Part shown: positions 50,805 through 62,447 of the stretch, one piece after another
How the letters are laid out: every line of letters starts with the position of its first letter
Numbering within the stretch: the stretch's first letter is position 1
Assembly (NCBI RefSeq): GCF_018350175.1
Contig: NC_058368.1
Span: 49,663,815 to 49,727,814, forward strand
Source: Felis catus
Taxonomy: Eukaryota
Length of the DNA: 64,000 bases
Reading direction: 5' to 3'
The notes under the pieces: generated by a model
Databases searched by the model: none
The model's input: only the letters and a program-made list of their open reading frames with translations
What the model was told of the DNA's origin: nothing
Program-made: the position numbers and the translations under genes

Positions 50805-51655
50805 AGCGGTTCTCATGCTTCTAAGTGCACGTTAGAATTACCCTGGAGATCTTTTAAAAATCCTGATTCCTAGGCCACCCCCAGCCCAAATACATCAGAA
50901 TATCTGGAGGTGGGACCAGATGTCAATATTTTTTTTAATTCTCAAGAGATTAGAATGTGCAACCAAATGCACTGTTTCCAAAAATCTCTGGGCTTCAGAA
51001 TCTCTGGAGAAGCTGGTCAAACAACGGGTAGCCCGTCCTACCATGGAAGAGGTGATTCATTGAACGAAGGTAGAACTCAGGTGCCTACAGTCCCTGACTT
51101 ATGATGGTTCAACTTACGAGTTTTCCACTTTACAATGATGTGAAAGCAATATACATTCATTAGAAAACATACTTTGAATTTTGAATTTAGATCTTTCCTT
51201 AGGCTAGAGATAGGTGGTACAGTTCTCTCTTGAGATGCTGGGCAGGGCCAGTAGTGGCAACTCCCAGTCAGTCACGTGATCACGGAGGTCAACAACCAAT
51301 ATGCTTAAGATCATTTTGTCCCCATATAGCCATTCTGTTTTTCACTTTTGATACCGTGTTCAATAAATTACAGGAGATATTCAACACTTTATTTAACAAT
51401 AGGCTTTGTGTTAGGTGATATTGCCTAACTATAGGCTAATGTAAGTGTTTTCTGTGCATAGTTAAGGTAGGCTAGGCTAAGTTATGATGTTTGGTTGGTT
51501 AAGTGTATTAAGTGCATTTTCAACTTACAGTATTTTCAACTTATGTGGGGTTTAGCAGGCCATAACCCCATCACAAGCCAATGAAAATCTGTATCTGATG
51601 TTTTCAAAAAGCTTCTCCAGTGATTCTGGTGCATGCAAAGTTTGAGAACCATGGT
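50805..51655. mobile_element. MER5-family hAT pieces, one split by a Tigger element
   Basis: gcggttctca...ttagaattaccctggag; ccagtgattctggtgcatgcaaagtttgagaacca. Confidence 0.6.
51088..51591. mobile_element. MER82-like Tigger element
   Basis: TA|cagtccctgacttatgatggttcaacttacga ... cataaccccatcacaag...atctg|TA. Confidence 0.8.
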
Positions 51656-51659
51656 TTTA

Positions 51660-52110
51660 AAAGTTAAGGAGCTCAAGTGTTGAATTAGAAGGACCTGCAT
51701 TTGACAGATATGCATTTACCCTAGACGAGTTAGTAAACTTCTCAAAGCTTCACTTTCCTCATGTATAAAGGAGAGTAATAGTAGCACTCATATTTTACAG
51801 TTGTCCTGGTGATTAAATGATACAATGCAGTGGTTGGTAAAGTGTGGTCCCTGGACCAGCAGCACCAGCAGCACAAGGATATTGTCAAAACACAAAAATT
51901 ATCAGTCCCACTCACCCCTATTAAATCACTCTGAGAGTGGGGCCTAGCAGTATATAACTCTGAGAGTGGGGCCTAGCAGTATATAACAAGAAGTCCCCCA
52001 GGTGATTGTTATGCATGCTAAAGTTTGACCACTGATACAATGCTTGTAAAGTGGCTAACACAGTGCCTAGCGCACAAGAAGTGCTCAACAAGTGTTAGAT
52101 CTGTTGTTAC
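51660..52110 (+). mobile_element. MIR split by MER5A
   Basis: cttcactttcctcatgtataa...gattaaatga|...|tgtaaagtggctaacacagtgcctagc. Confidence 0.8.
51828..52034 (+). mobile_element. MER5A inside MIR
   Basis: cagtgg...ccactg termini; perfect 8-bp TSD atacaatg at 51820-51827 and 52035-52042. Confidence 0.9.
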
Positions 52111-52341
52111 TATTTACATCATTGTTGTCATCCACATTTGTGTCAAAGTCTTCAGAAGCATGGTAAAAGAGCCTCCAAAATAACAGCTGTAAATGAAATT
52201 ACAACCAGCTGGGAAGAGCAGGCTCAATGTCAATATTATTACAGTTATCAGCACAAATGGCCTTTGTCCTCAGGAACCATTCAACATTCCTGGTGAATTG
52301 TGATCATCTGACATTATCATTTTCCTCTTTAAAAACTCATC

Positions 52342-52551
52342 AGGGCACCTGGGTGGCTCAGTCGGTTACGTGTCCAACTCTTGATCTCAGCTCAGGTCAT
52401 GATATCAAAGTTCCTGAGATCTAGCCCCACATCAGGCTCTGTGCTGACAGTGTGGAGCCTGCTTGGCATTCTCTCTCTCCCTCTCTCTCTGCCCCTTCCC
52501 TGCTCTCTCTCTCTCTCCCTCTCTCAAAATAAGTAAATAAACATTAAAAAA
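52342..52551 (+). mobile_element. CanSINE
   Basis: agggcacctgggtggctcagtcgg head, (CT)n, A tail. Confidence 0.93.
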
Positions 52552-52739
52552 GTACAAAGTCTAAACTCTGGCCTATCCTTCCTCACCAACCTGGTGTGTG
52601 TATAGCTCTCTCCCTCCCCATCAATGTCCCTGACTTTTTTTGAGATTTTTAAATAAGCCATGCTCTTGTTTACCTCCTGATTTCTGATAATTGCTCTACT
52701 AAGAATCATTATACCTCTGGGAAAGAAAAGGATGCAAAG

Positions 52740-53200
52740 TAAGTCAGAAACTAGTACATTAGTCAAAAGCCTGCTGAGTTCCTACCATGTGCCCACTGTA
52801 TCTTCAATAAAATGCTGGGGCTCTGTGGGTTAAAAAAGAAACAAACAAACTTTACCCCTAACTTCATAGAGTCTAATAGGGGAAAAGGACAGACATTAAG
52901 CAGATGTTTACAAATAATTAAAGTGCTACATGTGTGCAAAATTCTGCAAACAAGAAATGCAAGATAAAGGAAAAGTTCCTAGGAGACATGGCATGGTCTG
53001 CAGGAGCAACAGATACTGCTGGGCTCAGGGAATGATTCCTGAGGAAATGATATTCAACCTGTGACAGAAGGTGTATATACACTGGGCACGAGAATGGAGC
53101 CTAGGGTGGGATGTTACAGTCATCCCAGGTAGAAGGAATACGAAAGTCTGGGAGTTAAAAAGAGCGTGGCACAAAGATGTTTTGGCCAGGACGAGTCAGA
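52740..53200 (-). mobile_element. L2 fragment
   Basis: ctgagttcctaccatgtgcc, ggctcagggaatgattcctgaggaaatgat. Confidence 0.55.
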
Positions 53201-53519
53201 GTTGATGAATACCTGTCCTCTAGTATCTATTATCAACATTAGCATGAAGTGTGGTGACTTGCACCACAATATCCACTCTATTCTGTGTTTGTCTCAGAAC
53301 CTAAGAAACAATTGTTAGCTCATCTTGCTGAAACTTTGGGACAGTAACAAGTGAATCAGCCATTAACAGAAACCCAAAGTCCTTGGAGTACTTTGAATTT
53401 AATTTGGATTCCAGATCTCATCAAAAATTAGATAAAATGAATGGTGAAAAGATATGATGAAACTTAAAAGAAATTATATTATTTTTGCCTTAAGGAAAAA
53501 AAGATGAAAAGCAATTTTA

Positions 53520-53810
53520 TATTGGCCTTCTATATTTGAAAGACTTTTATATATAGGATGATCTGTTTTTCCTCATCTCCATTGAGAACAGAGGAAGAAG
53601 AAATGTGTTTAAACAGTAGTATTAAAAATACAGGTTTTATATAAAACAATTTCTTGACAATAAAGAGAATTAAGTTTTAGGGACCTTACAAAGGGAGATT
53701 TAAGTCGTTTCCCTGAAGGCATTTCTAAATAAGCTAGATTTTCCTATACTGGAGATATTTTACCTGGAAGCAGAATGGCGAACTACATAATTCAAGTAGC
53801 TTGCTGTCCT
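53520..53810 (+). mobile_element. Possible L3/CR1 remnant
   Basis: gagaacagaggaagaagaaatg...aatttcttgacaat...tttccctgaagg resembles a decayed CR1 3' end. Confidence 0.4.
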
Positions 53811-54842
53811 ATGAAGTCCCAAGAAAGAAAAGATCAATGCAAATAAATTGAAACAACAGTGTCATCTAGTGGAAAGCTCTGTAATAACACTCAGTATACG
53901 AATCTATGACTGAATAAATCCCTATATACTTCAAGTATTGAAACTAATTATAAAACCCAGATGCAAACCTGTTTCAAGATTATATTTTTCCATTCATGCT
54001 TCAGCCACATACACTTACGGGAAAAACAAGCCCAACATCAGCCCAACTGATGACTAAGCCCTCCTGAGGGAACTGGCAGAGTATAAGTACTTTGATAGTC
54101 ACAGTGTAAAGACTAAGCCCAACAGAATTGGAACACTTTAATTAAATTCTTACAGCCACACTCCCAATGCATGTCTTGGATTTCCCAGATTTGAAGCCAA
54201 GTACAAATTTCTGTTTCTGAGATAAAGGGTGATCGCTGATGCATAATTATCAGAAAGCTAAAATGACTGACAGGCCTTATAGCTTGTCCTACTTACTAGT
54301 CCCTTCTAGGTGATCTCTCTCAGACAAGGCCTTTTGGGAAACATACCATTGTTTTAGGTGGTCTTCCTCAACACAGATCCAAAACTCTCACTTGGTTGAT
54401 AATAAAAACTTAGATTCAGAAGGCTAGGTTAGAGTTAGATGGTCTCCCTATTTACTTCAATAATACTGTCTTACCACATCTAGCATGATACATATCCCAC
54501 AATGTTATATTGCTTCTCTGTATTTTCCATTAGACTGTGTTCTCAGCACTTAGCACATTGGCTGGAATACAGTGGTTTTTAATAAATGTCTTTTGAGTGA
54601 ATAAAAAAAAAGAATCTTGCAAATGTCTTTTGAGTGAATAAAAAAAAAAGAATCTTGCAACTTAACTATTAAGTGTGTATGCTGTTTATAATCGTCTATA
54701 TGAAGAAAAACATGCTTCCTCTCACTGACAGGAAGACAGAACAGCCAACACCCATAATGAAGAGAGGGGAAATGGCTTATTCATCTATTTTTTTAAAACA
54801 AGGCTAACCACACAGTTTCAGCTTGACTTATACTATGTAGCA

Positions 54843-54888
54843 GAAAGAAAGAACGAAAGAACGAAAGAACGAAAGAACGAAAGAACGA

Positions 54889-54928
<40 letters not shown>

Positions 54929-54988
54929 AAAAGAAAGAAAGAAAGAAAAGGAAGAAAGAAGAAAGCAAGCAAGAAAATAAAGAGAAAG
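54843..54988. repeat. Compound (GAAA)n/(GAAAGAAC)n repeat
   Basis: Direct reading. Confidence 0.95.
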
Positions 54989-54990
54989 CT

Positions 54991-55221
54991 GGGGCGCCTG
55001 GGTGGCGCAGTCGGTTGAGCGTCCGACTTCAGCCAGGTCACGATCTCACGGTCCGTGAGTTCGAGCCCCGCGTCGGGCTCTGGGCTGACGGCTCAGAGCC
55101 TGGAGCCTGTTTCCGATTCTGTGTCTCCCTCTCTCTCTGCCCCTCCCCCGTTCATGCTCTGTCTCTCTCTGTCCCAAAAATAAATAAACGTTGAAAAAAA
55201 AATTTAAAAAAAAAAAAAAAA
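54991..55221 (+). mobile_element. Young cat-type CanSINE (SINEC_Fc-like)
   Basis: CpG-intact, long A tail, embedded in a purine tract. Confidence 0.97.
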
Positions 55222-57149
55222 GAAAAGAAAGAGAAAGAAAGAAGGAAAGGAAAAAGAAGAAAATGGTTGGTAAAAAATATTACCTGGCTCATTGGTTGTA
55301 TGGTATTTTTTAAAAAACAAAAGCCAACTATGAGATGAAGATGGATTACAGTAGTTAAACTGAAAAGCAGAACTAGAATTCTCTTTCCATGTGCCTTACT
55401 TAATTTATCTGGGGCTGTGGAAAAATCAATTACCCCAGAAATCTTATACAGCTAAATGGAGCCTTAGAGGTCTAGTTTAAGCTCATCATTTGAAAGATAA
55501 GAAAATTCAGCTTTAATGACTTTGGTCACTGGCCTCAGGTCAACAAGCAGTAAGCAGAGGAGCCCTCACTGAGTCAGGCTGGTCCACATGTTGACGAACC
55601 TGTGCTCCAAACACTGGGGGACATGGTCTCCTTGCCCACTCAGTGCTCCCCCTGAGGAGCCATGGCAGGTTAAATTGTTGTGTGTAATGTTGCTTACTTT
55701 ATTGTCTCTCAAACTAATTTGCCTGTAGAATCCGTTTACCTTTAGGAAGCTCTGACATTCTCCAGGAACAAATTTTAGGGAATTCTGAGGTAGTCCGAGT
55801 ATCTCTGCTACAGAGCAGAGCCATAAAAACTGGATCTCACAGATACTACAAACACTTCATGTGGTTATCAGTTTAAAAATGCAGTGGATGAACCCAGTTC
55901 TTCCAATGTAACTTGCCACATACACAAATAAGCTTGGGTTGGTAACAGCCCAGCTCAATAAAATGCTTACAAAAGCATGAGAGTTTGCTCTTGCTGTCTC
56001 TGACTGTGCCTGTCACAGGAGAAGTTAACCTGCATGGTTAAAAAAAAGTGCACAGCTGTCATCCCTTCAAACAGTCCTTCAAGCAGAAGGACTTCTCAGG
56101 AAGTGGGGTTTTGTTTGCAACAGGGACTATCTTGAAAGCAAGGGATTGTGCTCTTAATAACTCTTTTGCCTGCTTCCTCTGGGCTCAGGAAGAGCAGAGG
56201 AATGGAAAGATACAATTGCAAGCAAGTATATTTTCCAAATTTGCACTAGTATTATGCCTCACAATCCTTTCAGAGAAACAGCATGTAAAATGTATTCTTT
56301 TGATACTTTGAATATCTAAGACAGTTTATCCAAGGGCACACATGGCTGATAAAAAGCTTAGCTTCAGGAGAAAAGGGAAGAATATCAAGCATATTAACTC
56401 ACTTGTGTCACTGGTATGTCCCTTCCTGCCTTGCCCTGTGACTTTAAATATAAGTACTATTAAATTACCAATGAATGATCTAATCACATAAACCTTAATA
56501 GACTTATTAAACAGTAAACGGTGATCTCTCCCCATAAGTACCAAATTTGCCACAGAATAGCTAAATTAGGAAATGGGGAGTACTCAGAGTAACTGTTGAC
56601 CAGACAAAATAGAACATAGATGTATAAGGAAAATTTAATATGCCCAAGTTAGTGAAAGTCAACAAAGGAAATGCCCTCATTTCATTTTGTAAAGCCCCAT
56701 GGGACACCTCAACATAAATCATTAGCTGTATGTTCAACAAAATTATTATTCCTAAGCAATATCATGTTCTATTGAAAGTAGCATTTGTGAATTTGCAATT
56801 CAACTCAATTCGAGAAGGGAAACAATATCAGACATGACACTTTTACTTTACAAAAGAAAATTTGAATATTAGCAACATTTTAGTACCTCTTAGGAAAAAA
56901 AAATATTCTTCTGTTTGCATCAGCAGCATTATTATTAAGAAAACCAGTTTGCCCAACATCACATTTGTACATTCTAGGGTTCTTTCCATATAATAAAAAA
57001 AAAATCCAAAAGATATCATTTAGTTTAGTGAGTTTGCTCTAGCTCCATCATTGAAAACAACAATTTGATTTCTTGAGTACACAAACCACACAGATTCATT
57101 TCTCATGGGTGGATTCACAAAAACCAAGCTCCTGAGACTGATGTTTAAA

Positions 57150-57650
57150 ATCAGAATCTCAAAGAGATACTTGTACACATATTACATTATTCACCTAAGC
57201 CAAAGGTGGAAACAACCCAAGTGTCCACTGACAGATGAGTGAATAAACAAAATCTGGAATATACATACAGTACAATATTATTCAGCCTTAAAAAGGAAAT
57301 TCTGATACATGCTACAACATGGATGATCCTTGATGACATTATGCTAAGCAAAATAAGCCAGTCACAAAAAGACCAGTACTGTATGATTCCACATATGTAA
57401 GGTACTAGAGTAGTTGAATTCATACAGACCAAATGCAAAATGGTAGTTATCAGTGGCTGGGGGGGGGGGGGGGGGATTGGGGAGTTATAATAGGTACAGA
57501 GGTTCAGTTTTGCAAGATGAAAGGTTTCATGGATGGATGTTCATGATGGTTACATAAGGTGAATATACTTAAATGCCACTGAACTGTACATCTAAAATGA
57601 TTAAAATGGTAAACTTTATGTTATGTGTATTTTACAATTTTTAAAATTCA
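57150..57650 (+). mobile_element. L1MB-type 3' end
   Basis: aggtggaaacaacccaagtgtcc, catgctacaacatggatga, gccactgaactgtaca. Confidence 0.9.
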
Positions 57651-58387
57651 GAATCCCTGTTTTTAATTTATATAGAAAAACACAATTGTCACAGGGACTT
57701 TAATATTTGCACTTTTACAACCCACCTAGCCTCTATGACAGAGAAACAAACTAAATCATACATGGAAGCCTGCTTTGATGGCATGTATTAAAACACACAC
57801 ACACACACGGAACATAATGAATTGGATGTTTGAGACCTCTCTCCAACCCAGATATCACATCAATCTCACAACAGGGACAGACTTGTCAAAGGGGCCAGAG
57901 CACTTGGATTCTGGAGGCCAGGATGCCCTGTATTCATTTTAACAATGAGGACAGGCTTGCCAGGGTCTTGGGTCGGGTTCCCTCCACTGAACCTACCAAA
58001 ATTGCCTCGTTGTTTTTCTCCTATCTTTCCAAGACTAATTAATTCTCTTCTGATTAACCTAACTTTAGCTATGCAAATATATTTGATTAGATCACAGAGT
58101 AAAGATTTTGATTTCTGTTTAAAGAATCTCATGTTTCCCTTTTTATGAGGTTTTAGGAGATACCTCATTGGAATGCCCAGGTATTGACATTTATAGACCT
58201 TACCCATAGGATAGTAAATAAAATGTTTAGTTCAAACCAAACTTTTTTTTTTACTGCTTTATATTGTTTTTATCAAGGAGGGTCAACACTGACTCTGTTC
58301 TTTCATGCCACCAGTTGTGCTATGCAGTGTTGATGGAGATTACCAGGATATCTGAGACAAAACATGGATTGGGGAAAAGGCTGTGGC

Positions 58388-58476
58388 AACACAGAGCCTA
58401 CTTGGGATTCTCTCTCTCGAGACCCCATCCCCATGCTCTTTTTCTCCCTCTCTCTCAAAATAAACTTTAAAAAAAG
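58388..58476 (+). mobile_element. 5'-truncated CanSINE
   Basis: cacagagcctacttgggattctctctc...ctctcaaaataaac. Confidence 0.7.
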
Positions 58477-58539
58477 AGGAATGTGTTGTGATTTGAGAAA
58501 TACACCATCCTTTCTCATTCATCTCTTGTGTAACACAAA

Positions 58540-58812
58540 CTAGTCACCTATGCCTGGCTCTTCTAGACTCAGGTCAAGCAACACTTACCCGATGCTCCCG
58601 ATGCTGCTGGTCACTCCTGTCCAGGCTGATTGAAATGATTCTCATCTCGATTACTTTGCATATCTGTAATTGTATAAGCCCTCCTGCTTCTTAACTAGTC
58701 CCCTTGCCACTAGACTGCAAGCACATCAAGGGCAAGGGCTGTATCTTCTCCACCTCTGAATACTCAGCATCTAGCTTGGCTTACAGAAACTATTTCTTAA
58801 ATGAATAAATAA
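58540..58812 (+). mobile_element. L2 3' end
   Basis: cactagactgcaagc...agggcaagggctgtatc...cagcatctagc...atgaataaat. Confidence 0.7.
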
Positions 58813-59433
58813 AAGTGTCAGAACCAAGACGCAGATCTAAAACTTCTCACCTTAACTCTAGTGCTTTTTCAATATATCACAGCTAATATGGGTGACATAT
58901 TGTGGTAGAGAACTAAATCCTTCAGATGACAGATTTCCTAATCTAGCACAGTGAAAACAAATTGATGAAATGATTATAAAATGGGTAGGTGAACATGGAC
59001 AATAAGAGACCGTACTATGTAAGCCTACAGGACACTCAAAGAGTTGGCTACAATAAGCCAAGACATCTAAAAATTTTAGTCCTAAAGTTAACAAGAAGAT
59101 CCAGTGTCCTTTGTACTGGATTACAAACATACTTGAGAATATTCTGAAGATATATATTGTATGTGACCACATTCAAATCATATCCATCAATAAGTATTCT
59201 TAATTACTTGGAAGCTAATCCAATTTTTAAAAAATTGTATTTTCTTATCCTCATTCTGTCCCTTGCTATCTATGAGAGGGCATAGAAAACAAAAGGGGTA
59301 GAATGCAAATCTGTCAATGTGGTTGTCTTTTTATATTCCTCAAGAAAAGGCTTCTTTGGGAAAGAGGTTGAAAATTGGTAACCAACAATGGACTTTCAGA
59401 AATATTTCTATCAATTACCTTTGTTATCTGATT

Positions 59434-59736
59434 CTTTTTTTTTTTTAATCGAGAGAGAGGGGGAGAAAGTGAGCAAGTGTGGGGGGTGCGGAGAGAGAGA
59501 GGGAATTCTATGAGGGACAGAGAGAGAGAGAAGCGGGGCTCACCTGAAGTGGGGCTCGTCACTTCATGCAAGGCTCGTGCTCACCCAAAGCAGGGCTCAT
59601 GCTCACCTGAAGTGGGCCTTGAGCTCATCCGATGCAGGGCTGGAGCTCACCCGGTGCTGGACTCGAACTCCCGAACCATGAGATCATGACCTGAGCCAAA
59701 GTCAGATGCTTAACCAACTGAGCCACCCAGGCGCCC
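59434..59736 (-). mobile_element. CanSINE variant with internal ~22-bp tandem units
   Basis: Normal head (ends gccacccaggcgccc on + strand); body replaced by repeated gggctc..gctcacc units; TSD tgtt(a/g)tctg. Confidence 0.9.
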
Positions 59737-59885
59737 TGTTGTCTGCAAAGAATTATCATGGAACCAATTTTAAGTAGCGATAATCCAGACTATACAGATT
59801 TTGTAAAGAAATCTAACCAAGAGTATCATCTTTCCTACTACAAACAAAGGTAAAACCAAGAAGCCAAGGAAACTGTAGCAATGTA

Positions 59886-59891
59886 TTTATT
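59886..59891 (-). terminator. Candidate distal TBC1D4 polyadenylation signal AATAAA
   Basis: tttatt on + strand; downstream in transcript sense is GU/U-rich (gtttccttggcttcttggttttacctttgtttg). Confidence 0.65.
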
Positions 59892-60959
59892 GGAAATGAA
59901 CTAGACATTACATTAATCGGATGAAGATGTAACAAGACATAAAGCATAACTGGTGCAACATTTAAAAAATCACAAAAGAAAAGGAAAGTTCATTTTCAGA
60001 AAAAATACTGTATCCAAGACACCTAAATCTCTGAACACCATACATAATACAACTCATGGCACTCTGAGTATCCAGAGTAAAATTAACTTTGAACTGAAAG
60101 GAAAAGTTTCTTTTCCCAATTTAAAGATTCTTTGGCTACCACCTGTATATAACACACATGAGGTAATTTCCATCACCAGACAGTAACTAGATGATATCTG
60201 TCATATTCCTCACAGGAAAAACCTCACCTACAAATAGAGAAATTTGGGGGAATCCAAGAAACAAATCAGCTGAAAACCCCAACTTAATAGGGTACCTAGA
60301 ATCAACATTTCCTAAAACTAAAAACTGCGTCAACTTTCCTAATAAGATTTTATTTTCTTTTTTAGAAAAACTGCCTGGATTAGAGGGCATGCTGATCTGT
60401 AACAGGAATCCTTACATTTATACTAAGTAATGGCGTAAAGGCAGGGGGTTCAGATGTTTATCATCTGCTCTTCAAGGTTTTCCCAAACCTCGGGAGCTTT
60501 GCTCTTTCTCTACTCTATAATATACTGTAGCTTGTGTATAAAAAAAACCCCTCTGAAGAAAATTATCCTAGATAATCCATCTGTGATAAGTACTGCAAAA
60601 AGCAGTGATGATAAATATTGTTTGGAGAGGCAAAAATGCTGCATCAACTTTCAGAGGCACTATCATAGACTCATCTCAAATGGAGAACTGCAGGTGTGCT
60701 CTGAAAATTACTTTCCTTCCATATACCCAACATGCATGAATGTCCTCTATTAAGCTGTAGCCTGAGGAAGCTGGGAGTTCAAATGCAGAATTGTAGATCT
60801 TAAAAAGGGCCTGGTGCCACTTGTCACTTCTCTCCAGTGGCTTTCAACAGTTTATTCTCAAACATTTCACAATTCCCCAAACTTTCACATACAAGGGAAA
60901 GATGATCAAGGGATTAGATTCTGTCCGTTGGCAACAACAATAAAAAATGTGTCAATATA

Positions 60960-61182
60960 GGGGCGCCCGCCTGGGTGGCTCAGTCGGTTAAGCGGCCGAC
61001 TTTGGCTCAGGTCATGATCTCGCGGTCCGTGAGTTCGAGCCCCGCGTCGGGCTCTGTGCTGACAGGTCAGAGCCTGGAGCCTGTTTCAGATTCTGTGTCT
61101 CCCTCTCTCTGACCCTCCCCCGTTCATGCTCTGTCTCTCTCTGTCTCAAAAATAAATAAATGCTAAAAAAAAAAAAAAAAAA
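60960..61182 (+). mobile_element. Young CanSINE in TBC1D4 3' UTR (antisense to mRNA)
   Basis: CpG-intact; TSD aaaaaatgtgtcaata on both sides; 4-bp cgcc duplication in the head. Confidence 0.96.
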
Positions 61183-62213
61183 TGTGTCAATACAGCATAT
61201 TATCTTTAGAAAACCAATTATAATCGCATTTCCCTATCTTTCATTGCAGGTAGAGAGAACTAAATTAGGAGTTCCCATTTGTGGGAAAATGCCAAATCCT
61301 TGTCACCAATTGTGGCACCAAGTAAAAGGGAGTCCATTCACAACTATAAGCAGTAATTTAAATTAAAAAAGTAGAAAGTTGATCTAGACAATTTAGGTCC
61401 TAAATTAAATTTTGGAAGCCTGATATTTTTAGTTTGAGTAATAATGCTGGTCTAATTTGCTAGAAAACTAGCAACATTCTTTTTCACCTTGAGCTGGGTG
61501 GGTAGACTCCACTATGATGTCTTGCTTTCTCCTTAACACACATCCAAAGTAATGCCTCGCCTGACTCAAAATGCATGTAGACACAACATGCTAGTTGGCA
61601 CAAAGCTGGCAGGGGAGGAAGGCCCCCACCTTCCTGAAAAATCCATAGGAGCATGATTGGCAATCAGATATACATAATGTCAGTAGATTTTAAGACAGAT
61701 ATACATAAAGTTACACAAATGTTTCTACCTCTCCACCACTGAGTGAAACATGCTGCTCTTTGGAGAAAAAAATACATTCATTTTTTTCAAGTATATTTCA
61801 ATATACAAAGATGCTCTAAGCTTTGTTTCACTACAAAGACAAAATGATTTCACATATGTCCAAGGGGAATTTCATTTTAACTTCCCTTTGGTGGGGGTTT
61901 CATGAAGTTCTGATTTAAAAAAATTCACTAAATATACATCTACTCTTTTGATCTGAAAGCATGAACTGTTTGTGTCCATTTTATATATATGTACATAGTC
62001 AATACCAACAACAGAAAAAACCAGTCTACATATGTACAATGGCTTAGGATTGGCGTACTCTAGTAAGACCGAGGTCCACCAGCTAGGACACGGGCGCAGC
62101 ACCAGACTCAAGTGCTTCTGTCAGCTCTGGTGTCCAGTGCTGGGCCAGCAGCATACAGACTCTTCCCTTCCTCCGTTCTAAGAGCATGTTCTGCTGAGAG
62201 GGCACTTCTTCAG

Positions 62214-62447
62214 TTATGGCTTGTTTCCTGTCTTGGCTTTGTTGTTAGGGTTGCAGTTGAGGTCCCTCAGCAGAAATTCACAATTGGCAAGCGCATCGGT
62301 GGGCAGCAGCTTCCGGATCTGCTCCACTGTCTTTTGATAAGCCATTTTCTCTTGTTCCAGAGTCCGGATTAAAGACTTCATTTTGGTCTCTCTGGTCAAA
62401 AGGTTTTCCAGGTTGGATTCCAAGGTCTGGATTTTAGCATGGGCTAA
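62214..62447 (-). CDS. TBC1D4: TBC1 domain family member 4 (AS160), last coding exon, 77 aa + stop
   Basis: [49 protein letters not shown]...[17 protein letters not shown] matches my recall of the mammalian TBC1D4 C-terminus; preceded by a pyrimidine tract and cag acceptor (tttttcctttcccccaaacag), phase 0, TAA stop. Confidence 0.95.
   Translation of the reverse strand, partial: LAHAKIQTLESNLENLLTRETKMKSLIRTLEQEKMAYQKTVEQIRKLLPTDALANCEFLLRDLNCNPNNKAKTGNKP

Larger units (their letters stand above)
59866..62213 (-). other. TBC1D4: TBC1D4 3' UTR (inferred extent)
   Basis: Mostly repeat-free AU-rich sequence between the stop codon and the candidate polyA signal. Confidence 0.65.

Noticed and set aside
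57459..57476. Long G run as a G-quadruplex element
   Set aside because: Expanded G tract at the usual G-rich position of an L1 3' UTR; no evidence of function
59530..59672. Regularly repeated short units as a CRISPR-like array
   Set aside because: Head-to-tail degenerate units without unique spacers, inside a eukaryotic SINE
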